Below are positions 38,985 to 51,309 of a DNA stretch of 64,000 nucleotides, piece after piece (within the stretch, counting starts at the first letter, position 1; every line of letters starts with the position of its first letter). The notes under the pieces were generated by a model. That model had not been told where the DNA came from and did no database searches. It saw only the letters and a list, made by a program, of their open reading frames with translations. The translations under genes were made by a program, and so were the position numbers. Source of the stretch: Octopus sinensis (taxonomy: Eukaryota); NCBI RefSeq assembly GCF_006345805.1, contig NC_043010.1, positions 26,226,001 through 26,290,000 on the forward strand, written 5' to 3'.

Positions 38985-39680
38985 ATTGATTGATTGATTC
39001 TAGTTTCAGCTCATGAGCTGTGGCCATGCTGGGGCACCGCCATTTGGTGTTGCTACTTGGTTTTACTTCACGAAAGCTTTTTAGCAACTGCCATTTGGTG
39101 CATGAGAGAGTTCGATGCAGCTGCCCTCATCTGCACCTCCTGCCGTGAAGTTAGTTCATCTGGGAGACCTGACAGGAAGAGATCCAGTTTCATTTTAAAG
39201 ACATCTGCATCCACCCCATGCAGGTCTCTCAGGTTCTTCGTGAGGATATTGAAGAGCTGTGGGCCTCGGAAGCCCAGGCTATCACAGTATCTTGTCCTAC
39301 ATCTTGATGGCAAATTTGGAGTCCTAGGCACCACGCAGTGGCGCCCAGTTCTGGCATTTGTGTAACTCTCGATGCCAAAGTTTGGGACACGTCCCTCCAG
39401 GATTTTCCGGATGTATATTATGGCATATCTTTCCCGCCTACGCTCCAAGGAATATAGTTTTAATCTCTTGAGTCTTTCCCAGTAGCTTACATTCTGCATA
39501 GAATGTAGCTTACATCGTCTTCGTGTAGCTACGCTGGATCGCCTCGAGCTCTGTGATCAACTTGACGCGGGATGGTGACCATAGCTGAGAGAAATAGTCA
39601 ACGTGGCTTAGGACAAGTGTCCTCCAGAGGACCATCATGGCTTCTTGTTCTCTTGTCCTAAAGGTTCTGAAAATAATATA
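38985..39680 (-). mobile_element. 5'-truncated CR1/Jockey-group LINE: ORF2 C-terminus, 3' UTR and (AATC)n tail; tail-only copy at about 48975-49030
   Basis: [34 protein letters not shown]...SYWERLKRLKLYSLERRRERYAIIYIRKIL...SLGFRGPQLFNIL...FKMKLDLFL. Confidence 0.85.
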
Positions 39681-39682
39681 AA

Positions 39683-39685
39683 TAC

Positions 39686-39716
<31 letters not shown>

Positions 39717-39717
39717 C

Positions 39718-39761
<44 letters not shown>

Positions 39762-39804
39762 CATATATATATTATATACATATATAATATATAATAATAT
39801 ATAC

Positions 39805-39853
<49 letters not shown>

Positions 39854-39938
39854 CATATATATATATACATATATATATATATACATATATATATACATAT
39901 ATATATACATATATATATATACACATATATATATATAC

Positions 39939-39969
<31 letters not shown>

Positions 39970-40095
39970 CATACATATATATATATACATATATATATAC
40001 ATATATACATACATATATATTATATATATATAATTATACATATATACATACATATAATATATATATATATCTATAATATACATAATATATATATC

Positions 40096-40129
<34 letters not shown>

Positions 40130-40350
40130 CATATATACATATACTATATATATACATATATATAATATACATATATATATATTATATATAATATATGATA
40201 ATATATACATATATATACATATATAATACATATATACATATACAAACATATATACATACATATGTATATACATACATATATACATACATATATACAGATA
40301 TATATACATATACATATACATATATATACATACATATATATATACATATA

Positions 40351-40390
<40 letters not shown>

Positions 40391-40420
40391 CATATATATA
40401 CATATATATATATATATACA
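39683..40420. repeat. (TA)/(TACA) microsatellite block
   Basis: Seen directly. Confidence 0.95.
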
Positions 40421-40422
40421 CA

Positions 40423-41936
40423 CAAGAAGTTTCAGGTGTGGAAACAAGGATTAGAATCGAAGGGCCTCAGAGTCAATCTAGCTAAAACCAAAGTCGTAAT
40501 CAGTAGGAAGGTAGACAAATCACAAACACCTTCAGGTAGATGGCCCTGCTCGATATGTAGAAAAGGTGTAGGTAGAAACTCTACAAGATGCACCAAGTGT
40601 AAGCTATGGACACATAAGAGATGCAGCAATGTCAAAGGAAGGCTAACTAGGAAGATGGTTTTTGTATGTTGCAGATGCTCAGGAACAATAAACACTGAAA
40701 ATGCTCTGAGACCAACTTCCGTCACTTTCCAGGGAGAAAAACTAGAAATAGTTGATAGTTTCCGTTACCTAGGTGACCAAGTCAGCAGCGGGGGCGGGTG
40801 TGCTGAAAGTGTAACTGCTAGAGTAAGAATAGCTTGGGCAAAGTTCAGAGAGCTCTTACCTCTACTGGTGACAAAAGGCCTCTCGCACAGAGTGAAAGGC
40901 AGACTGTATGATGCGTGTGTACGAACAGCCATGCTACATGGCAGTGAAACATGGCCGTGACTGCTGAGGATATGCGTAAGCTCGCTAGAATGAAGCCAGT
41001 ATGCTCCGATGGATGTGTAATGCCGGTACTCACACTCGGCAGAGTGTAAGTACCTTGAGAGAAAAGCTGGACCTAAGAAGCATCAGTTGTGGTGTGCAAG
41101 AGACGTTTGCACTGGTATGGTCATGTGGCGAGAATGGATGAAGATAGTTGTGTGAAAAAGTGCCACACCCTAGTGGTTGAGGGAACCTGTGGAAGAGGCA
41201 GACCCAGGAAAACCTGGACGAGGTGTGGTGAAGCACGACCTTCGAACTTTAGGTCTCACTGAGGAATGACTAGAGACCGAGACCTCTGGAAGTGTGCTGT
41301 GCGCGAGAAGACCCGCAGGACAAGTGAGTCCATAACCCATGGCCTTCTACATGGGATGGAGCCAGCCTACGTATGCATACCTTCCCTTCTTGGACACAAA
41401 ACTCTACTTGTGAAGACGTGATGAGGCAAGTGAGGATCAGAATCGAAATCGATCAATGGAAATTGCGGATGTGCTACCAGTGCCGGTGGCATGTCAAAAC
41501 TCTGCTTGTGAACCCGTTGAGGCAAGTGACGATCAGAATCGAAATCGATCAATGAAATCGATCAATGGAATTGCAGATGTGTTACCAGTGCCGGTGGCAT
41601 GTAAGAGAACTTTCCGTTTCGTGACCGTTGCCAGCACCGCCCCGTTTCGTGTCCGTTGCCAGCCTCGCCTGGCCCTCGTGCCGGTGGCACATAAAAAGCA
41701 CCATCCGTTCGTGGCCGTTTGCCAGCTCTGTCTGGCACCAGTGCGGGTGGCACGTAAAAAGCACCCACTACACTCACGGAGTGGTTGGCGTTAGGAAGGG
41801 CATCCAGCCGTAGAAACACTGCCAGATTTGACTGGGCCTGATGAAGCCTTCTGGCTTCACAGACCCCAGTAGAACCGTCCAACCCATGCTAGCATGGAAA
41901 ACGGATGCTAAACGATGATGATGATGATGATGATGA
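40423..41936 (+). mobile_element. 5'-truncated RTE-clade LINE (RT C-terminal half with PHD-type finger, frameshifted; 3' UTR; (GAT)n tail)
   Basis: [51 protein letters not shown] motifs. Confidence 0.92.
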
Positions 41937-42133
41937 CATATATATATACATATATATACATATAATTACATGTATATACATATATATACATATATATATA
42001 CATATATATACATATATATACATATATATATATATATACATATATGTATATACATATATACATATATATATATACATATATACATATATATATATATACA
42101 TATATATACATACATATATATATACATATATAC

Positions 42134-42170
<37 letters not shown>

Positions 42171-42371
42171 CATATATATATATATACATACATATATATA
42201 TATATACATACATATATATACATATATAACATATATATATACATAATATATATATATATATATATACATATATATATACGTATATATACATTATATATAT
42301 ATACATATATATACATATATATATATATACATATATATACATATATATATACATACATATATATATACAAC

Positions 42372-42404
<33 letters not shown>

Positions 42405-42697
42405 CATACATATATATATACATATATATATATATACATATGTATATATACATTATATATATACATATGTATATATACATATATATATATACATATATAT
42501 ACATATATATATAACATATGTATATATACATATATATATACATGTATATAGACATATATATATACATATACATATATACATATATATATACATATATATA
42601 TATACATATATATATACAGATATATATATACATATATATATATATACATATACATATACATACATATATACATATATATATTATAACATATATATAC

Positions 42698-42732
<35 letters not shown>

Positions 42733-42778
42733 ATATATATATACAATATATATATATACATATATACATATATATATA

Positions 42779-42816
<38 letters not shown>

Positions 42817-42832
42817 CATACATATATACATA

Positions 42833-42902
<70 letters not shown>

Positions 42903-42925
42903 AATATATCTATATATATATATAC
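41937..42925. repeat. About 1-kb (TA)/(TATACA) microsatellite block
   Basis: Seen directly. Confidence 0.95.
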
Positions 42926-43848
42926 CAAAGACCGGTTGAGGCAAGCGAAGTCGATATAGAACCTCATCCGACGACAGACACCCATGCCAACCCCCCTGCT
43001 TGCGAAGACATGTTGGGGCAAGCGAAATCGAAATCGAACCGAATTGAACCAGCCAGGATCCCTGGCCTGGTGGTACGTAAAAAGCACTATCCGACTCGTG
43101 GCCGTGGCACGTAAAATACTCCAATGCGACCGTACGACAGGCACCCATGCCAACCCCTTTGCTTGTGAAGACATGTTGGGGCAAGCGAAATCGAAATCGA
43201 ATTGAACCAGCCAGGATCCCTGGTCTGGTGTACGTAAAACACTATCCGACTCGTGCCGATGCCAGCACCCGCCTCGACTGGCTTCCGTGCCGGTGCACAT
43301 AAAATACACCAATCTGACCGTGGCCGTTGCCAGCCCCGCCCGCCTGGCACCTGTGCAGGTGGCACGTAAAAAGCACCCACTACACTCACGGAGTGGTTGG
43401 CGTTAGGAAGGGCATCCAGCTGTAGAAACATTGCCAGATTAGACTGGAGCCTGTGGCAGCCTTCTGGCTTCCCAGAACCCCGGTCGAACCGCCCACCCAT
43501 GCTAGCATGGAGAACGGACGTTAAACGACGATGATGATGTATGATGATGATATATGATGATATAGAATAATGTATTATATTATATATATATACATACTAT
43601 TTATATATACATACATATATATATACATACATGTATATATATACATACATATATATATACATAGATATATATATACATAGATATATATATACACGTATAT
43701 ATATATATACATATATATAATATTACATGTATATATATATACATACATATATAATACATATATATATATATATATATTACATATATAATATATATATATA
43801 TATTATATATATTATATATATATTATACATATATAATACATATATATG

Positions 43849-43892
<44 letters not shown>

Positions 43893-43901
43893 ATTATTAT
43901 A

Positions 43902-43933
<32 letters not shown>

Positions 43934-43940
43934 CATATTA

Positions 43941-44454
43941 CCTATATATATAAAACTGTAGTGTGTGAGTGTCTGTCCCCTTCGATTTAGATTCCTAACT
44001 ACTCCCACATTTGCGGTGCAGTTTAACCAAATTCGGGTATCTTATAGTCTTGATTCATATCGAGCCCGTCTGAGTATTAGCGCGTGTCTACGATGAGTCT
44101 ACGATTTTAAAAATAATTTAACATGATTTTTTTTATATTCCATTTTAATGCATAATTTTTTCGTGTGTCGATGGCGGCGGAGTTGCGTTCATGGTCACAC
44201 CTGCACCTGTTTGCTTCTCCCCCCTTCTCCCTCCCTCGTGAAGCTGTGGGGAAGGGAGTGTAAGGAAATCAACGTCGTAAGCCTTGTCAAGGAGACCAGC
44301 GTTCTTTTAGAACAACGACTTCATGGCTTGAAGACAACAAAACAGAAATGGCTAAGAAAGCCCGAATTGGCATCTATAAGGGAAGTAACACTCTAAAAAT
44401 GCTTATGTAGTTATTTCCCTTTCAAACCCGAGCAACGCCGGGCGATACTGCTAG
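43941..44454 (+). mobile_element. Non-autonomous Helitron
   Basis: 5' (T/C)CTATATATATAAAACTG; 3' hairpin CCCG-AGCAACGC-CGGG then GATACTGCTAG|T; no TSD. Confidence 0.8.
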
Positions 44455-44624
44455 TATATATATAAATATATATAATGCTAAGACAATTATGTAACAGTTG
44501 TAGAAATATTATGCAATCTTGCACCACACCTTATCAGTGTTTGGCAATAAATACTGTACTTTGACGAAATGCAAGCATGTTCTATAAGGCAGTGAATAAA
44601 ATACCCATTTTATTATCACAATAA

Positions 44625-44659
<35 letters not shown>

Positions 44660-45371
44660 GTTATTATCATTATTACTATTATTATTATTATTATCATTAT
44701 TATTATTATTATTATTATTGAGTGGGAGAGCAGTGCATGCCATCCAAGTGACACTGGGTACAAATATATGAAGCCCAGTATACCCATCATGACTACCCGG
44801 CTGATAAGGGTACAACAGCCACATGTATCACAACCATATGTGCACGACATGGTGATGTCATATCAAGATAAACAGCGCATGACCTTGCAGGTGGGACCCA
44901 GTTAGAATTTTCTTCAGGTCAAGTAACCCAAAGAATTTCTCATGATGCTCCTCCACTTCCTCTGCTTGTGATCAGAGATCCACATATCGTCAGCCACTAA
45001 GCGACATGGTCAACTGGTTAAGGTCAACCATTTGACAAGCAAATCTGTGGTATTGAGCGGAATATTTGCTGTGGCCCATCTTTTATACCAAGATAAAACA
45101 ATGTACATGATAACACTTCCAATGAGTTAAGATCAAAAGTCATGAGAGCCACTTATTATCATTATTATTATTGCTATTATTTGGCTCATATTCTGCAAAA
45201 GGTTGATGCTCCCCACAGTACTACACTGGATACAGGAGTGGAGTGTGGAACCCACTATTTACATGTTGCACTTCACAGTGCCATTTTGGTATGTAATATA
45301 TGTATGTGTGGGTGCATGAATATATATATATATATTATATATATATATATATATATCTATATATGTATTAT

Positions 45372-45473
45372 CATAGAACTGTTACTCAGAGTTTCACATT
45401 CCCATTTGTTGGACAGCTGTGATCACAACTATCTGACAAACGCAAGCATGAAACTCTGAGTAACAGTTCTATG
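45372..45473. ncRNA. Palindrome made of two inverted, decayed hammerhead-ribozyme-like motifs (PLE-derived, inferred)
   Basis: Perfect 25-bp arms; + strand AACTAT-CTGACAA-ACGCAAGCAT-GAAA-CTC-T-GAG-TA-ACAGTT at 45427-45468. Confidence 0.6.
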
Positions 45474-46429
45474 GTAACTTTGCAGCTTTAATAAAAAGTA
45501 TACTACTCTACCTTTAGCATTCGAGTACTATTTTTTCCACCCTGTGCTCACTTGTGTCATCATCATCATCGTTTAACGTCCACTTTCCATGCTGGCATGG
45601 GCTGGACAGTTTGACTGAGGTCTGTAAAGCCAGCAGCTGCGCCAGGCTCCAATCTGATGTGGCAATGGATTCTACAGCCAGATGCCCTTCCTAACGCCAA
45701 CCACTCCAAGAGCGTAGTGGGTGCTTTTTATGTGCCACTGGCACAGGAGCCAGTCAGGTGACCCTGGCATCAATCATGTTCAGATAGTGCTTTTTACATG
45801 CCACCAACATAGGAGCCAGTCAGAGGGCACTGATATCAGCCACATTTGAATGGTGCTTTTTACGTGCCGCTGGCATGGGAGCCAGTCAGGCGGGCCTGGC
45901 ATGGACCACATTTGGATGGTGTATTTTACGTGCCACTGGCATATATATTCTTTTAATAGTTTCAGTCATTTGACTACAGCCATGCTGGAGCACTGTCTTT
46001 TGTCGAACAAATCAAGCCCAGGACTTATTCTTTGTAAGCCTAGTAAGTATTCTATTGTTCTCTTTTGTCAAACCATTAAGTTACAGGGACGTAAACACAC
46101 CAACACCAGTTGTCAAACAGTGATAGTGGGAGGGTACAAATACATATATAAATATATATATATATATATACGCACATATACGGCAGGCTTCTTTCAGTTT
46201 CCATCTACTAAATCCCAAGGCTATAGTAGAAGACACTTGCCCAAGGTGCCACGCAGTTAGACTGAACCCAAAACCATGTTGTTGGGAAGCAAGTTTCTTA
46301 CCACACAGCCACTCCTGCACCTGTATATATATATATATATATTATATATATATATATAGATGTATATATATATATATATAGATGTATATATATATATATA
46401 TAGATGTATATATATATATATATATATAT

Positions 46430-46460
<31 letters not shown>

Positions 46461-46924
46461 TAGATATATATATAGGTAGAGGCATGATTGTATGGTTGAG
46501 AAACTTACTTCCCAACCACATGGTCTTGTGTTCAGTCCAACCACATGGCACCTTGAGCAAATATCTTTTATTATAGCCCCAAGACAACAAAAGCCTTGTG
46601 AGTGGATTTGGCAGACAAAAATCAAAAGATGCCTGTCGTGTATGTGTGTGTGCATATGTAAATTCCATTTGATCCATGCAAGCATGGAGAAGTGGACATT
46701 AAACATGCATGCATGATGATGATGATGATGATGATGATGATGTTATGTGTATGTACTTGTAATTCTTAAGATATCTAAAAGCATTGTCTTGTTTGAATAG
46801 AAGCAGAAAACTGCACAACACACAAAAAAAAATTTATAGATTTTTGTTTTTTTAGAATATTTTTTTTCCCTCCATCTTAAAATTCTCAGCTTTGAAAAAA
46901 GTAATTTTTTTCAAAAACCAACAT

Positions 46925-47255
46925 TTCTTGTCCAGGCCCAAATGCCGACTGAAAAATTGAAAAATTTACATTTCAACATCATTGGTAATGCCAGGATCTG
47001 AATTCTCTGATGCTTTTCCTAGTCGTCTTTTTTTTTAATATTAGCCAGTGGAATAAAATGAATATTTATGTTATTTTACAGACTAATGATAATGTTACAG
47101 AAGAAAAAAAAGGAAAGTAATTGAATATTTAAGATTTCAATTTGGTCAGACTAACTAACAGTTGGAAAGAACGTCAAAGGATGTAAATTTTGCTGCTATT
47201 GTCGTTTAAATTTGAAAAAATTTCTTAGTCAGCCTTCGGGCCTTGACAAAGAACT
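46925..47255. mobile_element. Foldback/MITE-like element with about 45-bp imperfect inverted repeats
   Basis: TTCTTGTCCAGGCCCAAATGCCGACTGAAAAATT vs AATTTCTTAGTCAGCCTTCGGGCCTTGACAAAGAA. Confidence 0.5.
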
Positions 47256-47357
47256 GTCTGGTTTTTTGAAAAAATTTTTGAAAATTTATAGACAGAAAGA
47301 TGCAGTGAAACACTATGTTTTATATGCAGCATTGCTAGGCTTTATACTTCCACTTCC

Positions 47358-47393
<36 letters not shown>

Positions 47394-47546
47394 CATATAT
47401 TATATATGTGTATGTGTATGTATGTATGTATGTGTATATATATGTATATATATATATATATATGATATATATATATGATATATATATATATATGATATAT
47501 ATATTATATATATTATATATATATATATATATATGATATATATATA

Positions 47547-47608
<62 letters not shown>

Positions 47609-47652
47609 ATCCAAAGTGTACAGTATTACATATCCATCACAGTCAATCTCAC

Positions 47653-47801
47653 CAACCGGTTTCGCACTAGAGTGACAACAGAGTATTAGGTAACAACCCG
47701 ATTATATAACCTCACACTCAGCAGAGGTAGCCAATATGGAATGAAATATGGTGACTGCTCTCTATTGTTGGAGGTAAATGGACACATCTGGTTTGCAGTT
47801 A
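47653..47801 (-). other. Candidate spliced exon (non-coding or stop-containing)
   Basis: Strong acceptor CTCCTACTTGTTTCATTTCATTCCATTTTCACAG and donor TTG|GTGAGA; stops in all three frames. Confidence 0.2.
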
Positions 47802-48854
47802 CTGTGAAAATGGAATGAAATGAAACAAGTAGGAGATTAAGTTAAGAATTATGTCCCTTAGTACCGAGACATTACCACTGGGTTGCTAAGAGCTATCTTG
47901 AAGTGTTTGACACACACACACACACACACATACATACATACATACATACATACATACATACATACATACATAGCCAAAATTTCGAGGATGATCTGGTTCT
48001 TGACTGAAGATTAGAGGCTTCGAATGACCCGCCCGTTTTTTGTGTCATCTATTTGAATGTTTTGCATTCTTGTCCCATTTTGTATTTTTATATATATTTT
48101 TTATACATATATATATTTATATATACAGACATACATACATTACCATGTATGTATGTTTTCTACTGTAATCCCAGGCTGACCAAAGACTTGTGAGTGGGTC
48201 TGGTGGATGGAAACTGAAAGAAGCCTGTCGCGCGCGCGCGTGCGTGTGTTTGCCTTGAGATTGCAAGTTAGTTGCATACAAGCAGCAAAAATCATATCCA
48301 CTATTCTTCAAAAACATGTCTGACCATGCGGAAATATTACCTTGCTTAGAAGTGGTTGAGGGTCGCTGAGATGAGGGCAATCTGGCCATAGAAAATCAGC
48401 CACAACATATTCTGTCTGACATATGTCAGCAAGGAAAAGCAGAGGTCAAAATGATGATGAAAATGATGATGATGATGATGGCGGATGGATTGATGGATGA
48501 ATGCATGCATGTGTGCATATAAATATGCATAATCACATTATGTACACATACACATTATATAACATCATCTGGGTAATAACTTTATAGCATGCTTTACAAA
48601 ACTCCTCTGTGGTTATCAGCTATCATATGCTATCACACAGTAGGAATTTTCCTTTTACTGGATATACATATGGAAATCTGTTAATACCCACAAAATTAAT
48701 ACAAAAAAAATTATAAAAGAAGATGGAATGAACAGGCTTTAATCTAACTCACTACAATTGTTTCTGTGCTTTAATATCAGCTGGTAATTGCTGAGTGTTT
48801 CACATCATATTATACACATTATTCCATTAATATGATCCAACAATAACTGTGTAC

Positions 48855-48945
48855 CTGCGCATCTTCGGGTGAGTGGGTTCGAGAGCACTCATAGTTTCCC
48901 ATTTTTTGTACCCATATTCTATTTTTACCATTCGATTGACAAAGA
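48855..48945 (-). CDS. Candidate internal exon (91 nt; two open frames, e.g. FVNRMVKIEYGYKKWETMSALEPTHPKMR)
   Basis: Acceptor TTGCATTTCCATGTCAG, donor CAG|GTACAC; no homolog recognised. Confidence 0.15.
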
Positions 48946-49130
48946 CTGACATGGAAATGCAATATATATATATAATTGATTGATTCTAGTTTCAGCTCAC
49001 GCGCTGTGGCCATGCTGGGGCACCGCCATTTAAAAAACTGAATACTTTCACAAGGATTGAACCTTTGTCCAAGGGGTATACGTATTGCTGTGTCCATATC
49101 TTTACCCACAAGACCATTGAGACAACAACA

Positions 49131-49329
49131 ATATGTGCAATAATTATAACGATAGAGAATAGGGAAATTGGTACATCTTCAAAATTTATTTCCTTCAATT
49201 CTATGGTATATTTTTATGGTTATCATAACCATAAAAATTTGCTGTATGACATAACATAAAATTGAAGGAAATAAATTTTGAATATGTACCAGTTTCCATA
49301 TTCTCAATCATTATAATTATTGCAAATAT
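49131..49329. repeat. About 200-bp imperfect palindrome centred at 49224 (foldback MITE-like)
   Basis: Outer arms TGCAATAATTATAA...TTCCTTCAATT / AATTGAAGGAA...TTATAATTATTGCA; inner 14-bp perfect arms. Confidence 0.85.
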
Positions 49330-49505
49330 AGATTCCAGATAATATTAACATCTAGTGAAGGGAATTACCCATTGGAGGAACTTACAGGGAGAGTGACAAC
49401 TCCTAGGAGTCATAGATGTTAAATATTATTCAATGTGGTTAGCCATAACCTGGAAGATAACTGGGAGCTGCCATAGTATCTGCCCAGATAATATATCCCT
49501 CTAAA

Positions 49506-49550
<45 letters not shown>

Positions 49551-49820
49551 GTACTGCTACTTACATACATATATAAGTATTAGAATACACTAACAGACTC
49601 GCTATGTCTCACCTATCTTCTCTCCAAATATTAATTGCTGTTCCACATCTCTCCCTGTCATCCAGCACCTATATCATCATCGTCGTCGTCGTTGTCGTCA
49701 TCATCGTCATCATCACTGTCATTATTTATTATCATTTGCACCAGTGCAGGCTAGACGGAAATTGAAAGAAACCCATCGCATGTGTGTGTATGTATGTATG
49801 TTTGTATGTGTGTGTGTGTA

Positions 49821-50157
49821 AGGGTAAAGACCCCCTTCGGTCATGAATGACCATGGGATTGCACCTAGAAAGTTACCTTCCTAGACACAAGTCCGGGCAA
49901 GGTTGTTTATGGAAGGCCAGCAGTCGCCCATGCATACCAGCCTCCCCTCTCCACGCCACCAGTGTTATCCAAGGGAAAGACAAAGGTGGATACAGCTTGG
50001 CACCAGTGACGTCGCAACTCATTTCTACAGCTGAGTGAACTGGAGCAACGTAAAGTAAAGTGTCTTGCTCAAGAACACAACACGCAGCCCGGTCCGGGAT
50101 TCGAGCTCACAACCTCATGATCGTAAGCCCGACGCTCTAACCACTGAGCCATGCGCC
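49821..50157 (-). mobile_element. tRNA-derived CORE-like SINE; second copy at 60990-61317
   Basis: Head GGCGCATGGCTCAGTGGTTAGAGC...TCGAATCC, then GTGTTCTTGAGCAAGACACTT. Confidence 0.85.
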
Positions 50158-50164
50158 TTGTGTG

Positions 50165-50200
<36 letters not shown>

Positions 50201-50201
<1 letters not shown>

Positions 50202-51055
50202 TAGCAGTATTGCCCGGCTCGTACGCTCATGCGTTCTATGCACGCGTGAATTAAGCTAAACTTGGATGAAGTTCAATTATTTTGGTTTTAAAATCAAGCA
50301 TTTAATGCCCTCTATTTTTGCGCTTATGTGTTCCACTTCCTCAATAGGAAGTACATAGAAGTGTTTCATAAATTTTTGTTGAACAAGTAATTGCATTGTT
50401 GAATTATTCTTTTAGATCAGTATTTCTCAACGGGGATTTCAGGGGAGAGTTTCAGGGAGTCGCTGGCGATGTATCATGATCAAAAATCTGGCCTGCTAAA
50501 ATTTGGTTAAAGTGATTCAAACTGCAGACTCAATGCAAAATGGTCACATTTAATTTAAAGCGTTAAAAATGTTATGAAAACAATTGGTATGTGTTCACAA
50601 AGTCCAAACGATTAATATGAAAAAACCCTCCAGGCTACATCCCAAAAATTCATTTCTTTGCCGAATTTCTACAATGTTTATGGCGATTCATTTTTATATC
50701 TTGATTTTTTATTTTTCATGCAATTTACGCATGCTTGCTTGCGTGGTGAACACAGTTCACGTCAAACAGCTTGCATGCGTGGTGAACACAGTTCACGTCA
50801 AACAGCTGACTGAGTAAAGTTCACTATTCACTGCATGGGATAAGGCCTAAACAAACACATCGATTTATGCACTTGCGAGATGAATTTCGGAGCAGAAATA
50901 ACGCAGTTCAATTTTCATTCGCCTAAACTTTAAGTGACCCATTTTTGGTGGTTCTACAATTTGTTGGCTAGGAGGAGATGTGCTGGGCAGTTAAACACAT
51001 AGACACACACACAGATACACGCACAGACACACAAGTTGAGTTTTATATATATAGA
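50201..51055 (-). mobile_element. Non-autonomous Helitron
   Basis: A|TCTATATATATAAAACTC ... CCGGGCAATACTGCTAG|T, inserted between A and T. Confidence 0.85.
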
Positions 51056-51309
51056 TATATATAAAAGTACAGGGGGGGGGGGCGATTTCTTCAGCTAAAC
51101 CCTTCAAATGTGTGTGTGTGTGTGTGTGTGTATGTCTTTGTATATGTGTTTATCCTTTTTGCAATCACTTGACAACCAGTGTTGGTTTGTTTACCGCTCC
51201 ATAACTTAGTAGTTCAGCAAAAGAAACTGATAGAATAAGTACTGCATGTTGGGGCTGGGGTCATTCCAAGTTAGTGGTCCCAGAGACTTAGTCAAGCATA
51301 GAGCTGACC

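Noticed and set aside
41908-43312. Long ORFs of 313-448 aa (and similar YI/HT/CV-rich ORFs across the window)
   Set aside because: Translations of (TA)/(CA)/(TG) microsatellites that lack stop codons; not genes
50085-50157. tRNA gene
   Set aside because: tRNA-like head continues into a SINE body, the acceptor stem does not close, and a second diverged copy lies at 61.3 kb
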